Source: an uncultured Chloroflexia bacterium
GTDB lineage: Bacteria; Chloroflexota; Limnocylindria; Limnocylindrales; CSP1-4
NCBI GenBank assembly: GCA_963746075.1
Contig: CAVUZY010000007.1
Coordinates: 335,338 to 399,337 of the forward strand
DNA length: 64,000 bases
Direction of reading: 5' to 3'
The notes beneath the pieces were generated by a model that worked only from the letters and a program-made list of their open reading frames with translations, had not been told where the DNA came from and made no database searches. Below are positions 8,814 to 16,193 of the stretch, one piece after another. The first letter of the stretch is position 1. The number at the start of each line of letters is the position of its first letter. The position numbers were made by a program, and so were the translations under genes.

Positions 8814-10637
8814 TCAGCCGGCCTCGAGCAGGATCGGGCGGACGATCCCCCACGAGTTCCAGAGCTCGGTCAGGCCGTCGGCCCGCCGGCCGAGCAGCGT
8901 CACGAGCTCGCCGAGGGTCAGGCCGCCGGCCGCTCCGGCGACGTACTCGTCGGCGGCGACCCGGACGTCGCGCAGCAGCTCCTGCGTCTCGGCCTCGGTC
9001 GGCCAGCGCCGGACGCGCATCGGATCGAGGCCGGCGTACCCGACCGCGAGGGACAGGTCGCGCTGGCTCGGCAGGCGGTCGTCGACCCAGCCGCCGAACC
9101 CGTCGAACCGGAACCCGAGCGAGGAGAGACCGGCCGCGATGTCGCGGTTCTGGGCCTGGTTGAACGGACCCCAGAACGGGTGCTCGAGCGGGAAGTCGAA
9201 CGCCACCGCCTCGATCGAGCGGGCGATCAGGGCCTCGGCCAGGCCACCGAGCTGGGTCTGCCAGAGGCGCCGCGCATCGGCGTCGTCACCCGCCAGCCGG
9301 CCGACGGCCTGCTGGAGGGCGTCGTGTTCGCCACGCAGGATCCGGAGGATCAGGGCATCCTGGCCCGCCTGCGAGTGCATCCTCGTCGAGAACTCGAACT
9401 CGTCCTCCGGCTCGGGGGTCGCGGCTGCGATCCGGCCCTCGCCGGCGTCGCCGTCCTCGGTCGTGGCGTCCGGGTCGTTGGCGGATCGTTCGGCGGCCTC
9501 CTCGAGGGTCCGGGCCTCGTCGCAGTCCGCGACCGCGTCGCGCGCTGCGGTGCAGGCCTCGTCGGCCCGTTCCGACGTGATCCGGGCGGCATCCGCTTCG
9601 ACGGCCAGCCGCTCCAGGGCGGGCACGAGGGCGGCCGCGGCGGCGCGGTCCCGCTCGAGTGCCGAGCTCGCTTCGCGGGTCTCGTGGTTGATCCGGTTGA
9701 TCTCGGCCAGCCAGGCGCGTGCGCCGGCCTCGACGTCGTCGCGGGTCTTGGCCTGGTTGCGCGCTTCGCGGAACCGTTGCTGGGCCTGCTCCTTGGCCGA
9801 CCGGACGGCGCGCGGATCGGCCAGCTCGGAGACGGCCTCAGCTCGGGCGACGTGCTCGTCGTAGGTTCGCTGGGCCTGGCGCAGCGCGTCCGCGGCGGTC
9901 GCCGCACCCTCTCGCGCCCGGGTCGCGACGGCGCAGCGCTCGTCCGCGACGCGGCGCTCCTCGGCGCACGGACCGTTCGCCGCGGGAGTTGCCGCCGGGG
10001 TGGCTGGTGGTGCGGGTGGGGAGGCCGGGCCCGGGCCCGTACTCGTCGCGCCTCCCGCGGTTGCGCCTCCCCCAGTTGGACCTCCCGCCGGAGCGCCGCC
10101 ACTCGGCGAAGCGCCCGCGGCGGTCGGGCCCGCGGCGGGCGCCGCCCCCGTGGAACCACCCCGTCCGGTCGGTCGGTCGCCGATCGCAACGTTTGACCCG
10201 GAGGAGCGAGCGGCCGGGGTGCCGCCGGCTGCCGAGGCCGCGCTGCCGCTCGACGTCGCCATCGCGGCGGGACGGGCCGCGCTCGCCCGGAAGGCGGCGG
10301 TCAGCGGGTCGGGCTCCATCGACATCGGGACCGCGACCATCCGAACAGGTGTTCCAGGCGCAGCGGACCCGGCCTTCACGCGTCGGCCGGTCGCGGCCGG
10401 TTCACCGGTCAGGGCAATCTCGTCGGTCGTGCGGCGATCGCCCGGTCCGCCACGCGCCGGCCCGGATCCCTCGGCCAGGGTCGCGGCCATCCGGGAGTGG
10501 ATGGCGTTCGGCGAGACGGTCACGCGGACCTCGCGAGAGGCGGGGGGACGGGAGCGGAGGACCTCGATCAGCGCAGCGCCGCTCGCGACGCCGAGGACCA
10601 GCCCGAGCGCGAGAAACGCAAACTCACTGGCCGTCAA
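8814..10637 (-). CDS. Membrane-anchored coiled-coil protein of unknown function
   Basis: TTG 10637 is preceded by AAGGAGGA at 9-nt spacing. It has an N-terminal TM (FAFLALGLVLGVASGAALIEVL), a Pro/Ala/Gly-rich linker, about 180 aa of Ala/Arg/Glu-rich helical region and about 190 aa of C-terminal globular region. I recognise no family. Confidence 0.7.
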   Translation of the reverse strand: MTASEFAFLALGLVLGVASGAALIEVLRSRPPASREVRVTVSPNAIHSRMAATLAEGSGPARGGPGDRRTTDEIALTGEPAATGRRVKAGSAAPGTPVRMVAVPMSMEPDPLTAAFRASAARPAAMATSSGSAASAAGGTPAARSSGSNVAIGDRPTGRGGSTGAAPAAGPTAAGASPSGGAPAGGPTGGGATAGGATSTGPGPASPPAPPATPAATPAANGPCAEERRVADERCAVATRAREGAATAADALRQAQRTYDEHVARAEAVSELADPRAVRSAKEQAQQRFREARNQAKTRDDVEAGARAWLAEINRINHETREASSALERDRAAAAALVPALERLAVEADAARITSERADEACTAARDAVADCDEARTLEEAAERSANDPDATTEDGDAGEGRIAAATPEPEDEFEFSTRMHSQAGQDALILRILRGEHDALQQAVGRLAGDDADARRLWQTQLGGLAEALIARSIEAVAFDFPLEHPFWGPFNQAQNRDIAAGLSSLGFRFDGFGGWVDDRLPSQRDLSLAVGYAGLDPMRVRRWPTEAETQELLRDVRVAADEYVAGAAGGLTLGELVTLLGRRADGLTELWNSWGIVRPILLEAG

Positions 10638-10923
10638 AGCCCGCAGTCCTCCTTGGCCGCCACCTGCGACCGGCGCCACACCCCAGCGGAGCGTAGCTGC
10701 GCACTCGTCCGAGGTCAACTCGCCGGGACCCCGTCCGGACGGCCCATCCGGCCGGTGGCATGAGCGTGGGGCGGCCCGGCCGACGCGACCGTCGTGGCCC
10801 CCGGCCGGGCTTTGCGAAGGCCGAGGCGCGGATGGTAGATTGGGGGCACCGGCCGAGGCCCTCGGTTCGTGCCGGCTGCGCGCTTCCCGGATCGTCCACT
10901 CCACTGAAAGGCACGTCCTCGAC

Positions 10924-12759
10924 TTGGCGCTCGACTCCTCCCAGGAATTCCTCGTCCAGCCCGTCGATGCCTCCTGGCTCCAGTGCAACATCGAGTGCCA
11001 GGAGGCGTGTCCGGTCGGGACGAACTGCCGCGGCTACCTGAACCTCGCTGCCGAAGGGCGGTTCGAGGAGGGCTACATCCTGTCGCGCGAGCCGAACCCG
11101 GTCGCCGCCATGTGCTCGTACGTCTGCTCTGCGCCATGCGAGCGGGCCTGCCGCCGCGGTGACATCGATCGGCCGCTCGCGATCCGGGCGATGAAGCGGT
11201 TCCTCGTGGAGTGGCACGAGGCGTCGGGGATCCCCGACGTCATGCCCCAGATCACGCCCCGCGGCGAGAGCGTCGCGGTCGTGGGCGCCGGCCCGGCCGG
11301 GATCGCCGTCGCCCGTGAGCTGGCGATGAAGGGCATCCAGGTCTCCGTCTTCGACAGCCTGCCGTACGGCGGCGGGACGATGCTCATCGGGGTGCCGGCG
11401 TTCCGCCTCCCGCGCGAGGCGATCGAGATGGACGTCCGTCTCGTCGAGCGCCTCGGGGTCACGTTCCGCTTCAACACGACGATCGGCAAGGACATCACGA
11501 TGGAGGAGCTCCAGCGGGACTACGACGCCGTCGCGCTGACTGCCGGCGCGATGGATCCAGTCGCCCTCGACATCCCGGGCGGCGATCTCGACGGCGTCGA
11601 CTACGGGGTCGACTTCATGAAGAAGGCGAACCTCGGCCAGGAGCTGTACGTCGGCAAGGACGTGGTCGTGATCGGCGGCGGCTACACCGCGATGGACTGC
11701 TCGCGGACGAGTCTCCGCCACGGCGCGGAGCGGGTCTCGATCGTCTACCGCCGGACGCGGTCCGAGCTGGTCGTCGACGAGGAGGAGCTCGGCGAGACCG
11801 AGCGCGAGGGTGTCCGGATGGAGTTCCTCGCCAGCCCCGTCGAGGTCCTTGGCGAGGACGGCCACGTCACGGGCGTCAGGTTCATCCGCAACCGCCTGGG
11901 CGAGCCGGACGCGTCCGGTCGCCGATCGCCGGTCCCGATCGAGGGCAGCGAGTTCGTCATCGCGGCCGACGTCGTCATCCCGGCGGTGTCGCAGGCGGCG
12001 GACCTGACGTTCCTGCCGGTCGAGCCCGCGTTTGAGATCAACCGCGGCCGGGTCAAGGTCGACCCCGCGACGTACGCCACCAACACCCGCGGCGTGTTCG
12101 CCTGCGGCGACTTCGTGACCGGCCCCACGACCCTCATCGAGGCCGCCGGCCACGGCAAGAAGTGCGCCTACGCGATCGATCGCTATCTGTCGGGCCGGAC
12201 CGACGTGACGGTTACCCCCAACGTCAAGATCACGAGCTCGTGGCGCCACGACATGCCCGAGTTCTACGACGTCCTGCCGCGCCAGCACATCCCGATGGCG
12301 CCGCTCCAGGTCCGGATGCCGTCAACCGATCCGGAGGTCAACTTCAACACCCCGGTCGAGTACGGCTACGACGCCACGGCCGCGGTCGCGGAGTCGACGC
12401 GCTGCCTGATGTGCAACTTCAACATCTGGTTCGACCCGTTCCGGTGCGTCCTGTGCGGCGCCTGCGCCGACGTCTGCCCCGAGGGCGTCATCCACATGGT
12501 CGACGTCAACCAGCTCAAGACCGAGGGCCTCCTGCCCGAGATCGAGGAGTCGTACGGCTGGGAGAACGGGGCGGCGATGATCCTCGACGAGGAGCGCTGC
12601 ATCCGCTGCGCGTTGTGCGTCAAGCGTTGCCCGTTCGACGCCATTACGATGGAGCGGTTCGAGCTCCAGGAGATCTCGACCGACGGGCGGCTCTACAAGG
12701 AGTCGTACCGGGATGCGCAGCTTGCCGGGACCCCCGGCGTCGCAGGAGGAGCCCGGTGA
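10924..12759 (+). CDS. GltD/NfnB-like FAD/NAD(P)H oxidoreductase fused to a C-terminal 2x[4Fe-4S] ferredoxin domain
   Basis: N-terminal Cys clusters CQEACPVGTNC and CSYVCSAPCERAC. Dinucleotide folds VAVVGAGPAGIAVA and VVVIGGGYTAMDC, plus FACGDF. C-terminal CVLCGACADVCP and CIRCALCVKRCP. The stop overlaps the cyt b GTG. Start is uncertain (TTG 10924 proposed); the upstream part of the 919-aa ORF is antisense to the neighbouring gene. Confidence 0.8.
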   Translation: MALDSSQEFLVQPVDASWLQCNIECQEACPVGTNCRGYLNLAAEGRFEEGYILSREPNPVAAMCSYVCSAPCERACRRGDIDRPLAIRAMKRFLVEWHEASGIPDVMPQITPRGESVAVVGAGPAGIAVARELAMKGIQVSVFDSLPYGGGTMLIGVPAFRLPREAIEMDVRLVERLGVTFRFNTTIGKDITMEELQRDYDAVALTAGAMDPVALDIPGGDLDGVDYGVDFMKKANLGQELYVGKDVVVIGGGYTAMDCSRTSLRHGAERVSIVYRRTRSELVVDEEELGETEREGVRMEFLASPVEVLGEDGHVTGVRFIRNRLGEPDASGRRSPVPIEGSEFVIAADVVIPAVSQAADLTFLPVEPAFEINRGRVKVDPATYATNTRGVFACGDFVTGPTTLIEAAGHGKKCAYAIDRYLSGRTDVTVTPNVKITSSWRHDMPEFYDVLPRQHIPMAPLQVRMPSTDPEVNFNTPVEYGYDATAAVAESTRCLMCNFNIWFDPFRCVLCGACADVCPEGVIHMVDVNQLKTEGLLPEIEESYGWENGAAMILDEERCIRCALCVKRCPFDAITMERFELQEISTDGRLYKESYRDAQLAGTPGVAGGAR

Positions 12760-13484
12760 GTTTCCTCGAGCGGGTGGATCAGACCATCCGCCGGAGTCCC
12801 GTCTGGCGCTCGATCTTCCGTCAGCCGTACCCCAACGACGAGCGGTCGCGGGCGTACGCGGTGATGAACAACGTCTTCCTGCACATCCACCCGGTGCGCG
12901 TCCGGCAGCACGCGGTGAAGTTCGCCTACACCTTCTGCCTCGGTGGGCTGTCGTTCTTCCTGTTCCTCGTGCTGACGATCACCGGCGTCTACCTGATGTT
13001 CTTCTACGTCCCGTCCGCGACGCTCGCGTACACGAACATCCTCGACATCCAGAGCCAGGTGACATTCGGGCTGCTGACCCGGAACATCCATCGCTGGGGC
13101 GCCCACCTGATGGTGTTCTTCGTCTTCCTCCACATGATGCGGGTCTTCTACCACGGGGCCTACAAGCCGCCGCGCGAGTTCAACTGGGTCGTCGGCGTGG
13201 TGCTTCTGTTCCTGACGATCATGCTGAGCTTCACGGGCTACCTGCTGCCGTGGGACCAGATCGCGTACTGGGCGATCACGATCGGCACGAACATGGGTGG
13301 CTATGCGCCGCTCCTGAACGTCCCGGTCAACCGGCTGCTCCTGGGCGGCCTCGAGGTCGGCCAGAACACGCTCCTCCGCTTCTACGTGCTCCACATCATG
13401 GTGTTCCCGTTGGCAGCCGCGATCTTCCTGGCCGTCCACTTCTGGCGAATCAGAAAAGACGGAGGCATCAGCGGACCCCTGTGA
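12756..13484 (+). CDS. qcrB: Cytochrome b6-type subunit (4-helix N-terminal cytochrome b) of a Rieske/cyt b complex
   Basis: 242 aa. Haem His pairs sit in RNIHRWGAHLMVFFVFLHMMR and RFYVLHIMVFPLAAAIFLAVHFWRIRK. FCLGG Cys is at the haem ci position. It ends ...RKDGGISGPL as PetB/QcrB proteins do. GTGA overlap with the upstream gene. Confidence 0.92.
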   Translation: MSFLERVDQTIRRSPVWRSIFRQPYPNDERSRAYAVMNNVFLHIHPVRVRQHAVKFAYTFCLGGLSFFLFLVLTITGVYLMFFYVPSATLAYTNILDIQSQVTFGLLTRNIHRWGAHLMVFFVFLHMMRVFYHGAYKPPREFNWVVGVVLLFLTIMLSFTGYLLPWDQIAYWAITIGTNMGGYAPLLNVPVNRLLLGGLEVGQNTLLRFYVLHIMVFPLAAAIFLAVHFWRIRKDGGISGPL

Positions 13485-13575
13485 TGTCGGACCGATTCGC
13501 CCGATCACGCGCTCACCGAGGCCCGAGGAGGAGCTCCGCGACTCCATCGGCCCGAGGTGGAATCAGCGGTCCGCG

Positions 13576-13650
13576 ATGACCGACACGAAGCAACCTCGGA
13601 CCATTGGCCTCGGCGGAGCTCGGCCTTGGGCCTCGGTGAGCCATGACTGA
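13576..13650 (+). other. 24-codon upstream ORF whose first 7 codons (MTDTKQP) duplicate the start of the subunit IV gene
   Basis: ATGACCGACACGAAGCAACCT compared with ATGACTGATACGAAACAGCCC at 13643 gives the same peptide with 5 synonymous differences. The stop (13648-13650) overlaps the subunit IV start region. Translation is unproven. Confidence 0.3.
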
Positions 13651-14260
13651 TACGAAACAGCCCACCGACAAGCGGGTCGTCCTTCCTGTGGACCCGACTC
13701 GCAGGACGGAGATCGACAAGCAGCGGGTGCCGATGTCGGCTCGGCCGTACCGGCTCCTCGCGCTCGTCAAGCAGGACGCCGTCGTCCGGGTCCAGAAGGA
13801 ACCCGACGACACGGTCATGACCTGGCCGCACCTGCTCTCGATCGAGTTCCTCGCGGCCGGCATGATGAGCGTGTTCCTGCTCCTGATGGGCCTGTTCATC
13901 AACGCCCCGCTCGAGGAGCTTGCGAACAGCAACGTCACGCCGGCCGTGGCCAAGGCGCCGTGGTACTTCCTCGGGCTCCAGGAGTTGCTCGCCTACTTCC
14001 ACCCCACGGTGGCCGGCGTCCTGACCCCGTTGCTGGTGCTCGTCGGGGCCGCCCTGATCCCGTTCGTCGACCGCGGCAACCTGACCGCGACCCGGCCCTC
14101 GGAGCGCAAGACCGCGGTCATCCTGTTCACGCTGTTCTGCGCCCTGGGCCTGATCCTGACGTTCGTCGGGATCTTCTTCCGCGGCCCGGGCTACAGCTTC
14201 GTCATCCCGTACCTGCCGTTCTTCGAGAACACCTCCCCCGGCCTGCACTTCTCCCTGTGA
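13643..14260 (+). CDS. Cytochrome b C-terminal part / subunit IV (PetD-like) of the Rieske/cyt b complex
   Basis: 205 aa with three predicted TM helices. Qo-site block VAKAPWYFLGLQELL corresponds to the canonical PEWYF region. Confidence 0.88.
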   Translation: MTDTKQPTDKRVVLPVDPTRRTEIDKQRVPMSARPYRLLALVKQDAVVRVQKEPDDTVMTWPHLLSIEFLAAGMMSVFLLLMGLFINAPLEELANSNVTPAVAKAPWYFLGLQELLAYFHPTVAGVLTPLLVLVGAALIPFVDRGNLTATRPSERKTAVILFTLFCALGLILTFVGIFFRGPGYSFVIPYLPFFENTSPGLHFSL

Positions 14261-14312
14261 GCCCCTCCACCGAGAGACCGATGACTCCGAACCACGCCCC
14301 GAGCCACTTCGC

Positions 14313-14987
14313 ATGAGCAACTATCACGTCGAGCCGGTCGACCGGCCGAAGGCCCTCGCCCCCGAGGCGATCAAGGCGCTCCGCCGCGCCCAGGTCAAGG
14401 GCGTCTCGCGGCGCCAGCTTCTGCGCTACTCGATCGGCGGCGCGATCGGCCTCTGGCTCCTCGAGGTCACGGCAGGGACGATCGGCTTCATCTGGCCGAA
14501 CCTGACCGGCGGCTTCGGCAGCAAGGTCCGGATCGGCACTCTCGACGATCTCAAGCTCGCCAACAGCGCCCTCCCAATCAGCGATGGGTATCCGGCCTAC
14601 GTCCCCGACGCCCGGGCTTACATCGTCCTGATCGACACCGGCCAGCAGGGCTTCATCGCCGGCGAGGACACGACCGGCGACGGTCATCCCCTCAATGTCC
14701 GGGGCCTGTACCAGCGCTGTCCCCATCTCGGCTGCAAGCCGAACCCGTGCATCAGGAACTTCTGGCTGGAGTGCCCGTGCCACGGGTCGCGCTACGACCG
14801 GCTCGGCATCAAGGCCGAGGGCGCCCAGTACGGCCCGGCCGCGCGCGGGATGGACCGCTTCTCGGCCAGCGTCGACGGCGCGGGCGTCCTGACCCTCGAC
14901 ACCGGCAAGATCACCCTCGGCCCGCTGCCGGTTGCGGTCGGCCAGCCAGGCATCATCCCGCCGCGCACCCCGACCGGGTGCATCTGA
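14313..14987 (+). CDS. qcrA: Rieske [2Fe-2S] subunit with Tat signal
   Basis: Twin-arginine signal VSRRQLLRYSIGGAIG. Cluster boxes CPHLGC and CPCHGS. Confidence 0.92.
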   Translation: MSNYHVEPVDRPKALAPEAIKALRRAQVKGVSRRQLLRYSIGGAIGLWLLEVTAGTIGFIWPNLTGGFGSKVRIGTLDDLKLANSALPISDGYPAYVPDARAYIVLIDTGQQGFIAGEDTTGDGHPLNVRGLYQRCPHLGCKPNPCIRNFWLECPCHGSRYDRLGIKAEGAQYGPAARGMDRFSASVDGAGVLTLDTGKITLGPLPVAVGQPGIIPPRTPTGCI

Positions 14988-16150
14988 TGACCGACCAGAC
15001 GCCGGCGCCGATCCCCGAGGGGACCCCGGAGCCCGTGCCCGACGGAGGCGCCGAGGAGCAGCGCCTGCCGGCGACCGTTCCGCCCGCGACGCTGTCCGCC
15101 GACCGGTTCAGCGCGGTGCCGGCGATCAAGAACAACGCGGGCCTGACGCCCCAGCGCTCGGCCGGGATCGTGCGCCAGTCGGCGTCGGCCCGCTGGGTCG
15201 GCTTGCTGACCGTCATCTTCGTCAGCCTGTTCATCGTCGGCTACTGGTTCTACGAGCTCGGTGCGCCGGCGGGGATCTCGAAGGCGCGGCTCGCCGAGGA
15301 GATCGACGCCCAGCAGGTGACGGCCGTCGAGCGCGGCTACAACCTGTACGAGGCGAACTGCGCCCGCTGCCACGGGCCGGGCGGATTGGGGCCCGACGAG
15401 CCGGACGCCGCGGCCAAGGCGGCTGCCGGTCAGGGCTACATCGGGCCGCGGCTCAACGCCCAGGAGAAGCTGTTCGCCCACCTCAGCGAGGCGTATCTGA
15501 ACAACGTTCTGCTCGTCGGCGGCCGCTACGTCTGCGGCAACGCGACGTCGGCGATGCCGGTCTGGTCGGACCAGGGCAACCCGCCGGGTCCCCTGAACTA
15601 TCGCCAGATCGACGAGCTGATCGCGTTCCTGCGGGCGACCAACGAGCACGAGTACGAGGTCCGCGATCCCTCGACGAACGAGCCGATCATCGACCCGGCG
15701 ACGGGCAAGGTGAAGACGTTCACCGGCTGGCGCGATCCGAACTACAAGCCGGATCCGGCCGCGACGCCCTACCCGGCTTGCTACATTGATGCCCTGACCG
15801 GCGGCGCCGGCGGCTCGGCCGCTCCGGGTGCCTCCGTCGACCCGAACGCGCCCGTCGTCACGGTCGCGGCGCCCGATGGGTCCGCGACGACCGGCTTCAC
15901 CCCGACCACCCTCGAGGCCAAGGCCGACACCGCGTTCACCCTCGTCTTCGACAACCAGGACGCCACGACCGGTCCGCACAACGTGGTGATCAGCGACTCA
16001 TCCGGCACGGCGATCGCGATCGGCGACACGGCTTTCTTCACCGGTCCCGCGAAGCGGAGCTACGCGGTGCCGGCGCTCAAGGCCGGGTCGTATCCGTTCG
16101 TGTGCCAGGTCCACGTGTCGACGATGAAGGGCACCCTCGAAGTCAAGTAG
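14987..16150 (+). CDS. Membrane-anchored monohaem cytochrome c fused to a C-terminal type-1 copper (cupredoxin) domain
   Basis: The ATG shares one base with the Rieske TGA. TM WVGLLTVIFVSLFIVGYWFY. Haem motif CARCH with distal SAMPVW. C-terminal cupredoxin has ligand pattern GPHNV ... FVCQVHVSTM (H, C-x2-H-x3-M). Confidence 0.88.
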   Translation: MTDQTPAPIPEGTPEPVPDGGAEEQRLPATVPPATLSADRFSAVPAIKNNAGLTPQRSAGIVRQSASARWVGLLTVIFVSLFIVGYWFYELGAPAGISKARLAEEIDAQQVTAVERGYNLYEANCARCHGPGGLGPDEPDAAAKAAAGQGYIGPRLNAQEKLFAHLSEAYLNNVLLVGGRYVCGNATSAMPVWSDQGNPPGPLNYRQIDELIAFLRATNEHEYEVRDPSTNEPIIDPATGKVKTFTGWRDPNYKPDPAATPYPACYIDALTGGAGGSAAPGASVDPNAPVVTVAAPDGSATTGFTPTTLEAKADTAFTLVFDNQDATTGPHNVVISDSSGTAIAIGDTAFFTGPAKRSYAVPALKAGSYPFVCQVHVSTMKGTLEVK

Positions 16151-16193
16151 GCAGGAGCCGGGCGGACGAGACGCCCGGACCGGATGGAGGACG

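Noticed and set aside
10000-10923. Upstream 308 codons of the 919-aa ORF containing the GltD-like gene
   Set aside because: The Pro/Ala/Gly-rich translation mirrors the low-complexity linker of the opposite-strand coiled-coil gene. GltD-like homology begins only near 10950.
14281-16193. Other tiny ORFs with ATGA overlaps, for example MTPNHAPSHFA at 14281-14316 before the Rieske gene
   Set aside because: An ATGA overlap arises whenever codon 2 starts with A and the -1 frame is open, which is frequent at 70% GC. There is no duplication or other support, unlike the sORF at 13576.
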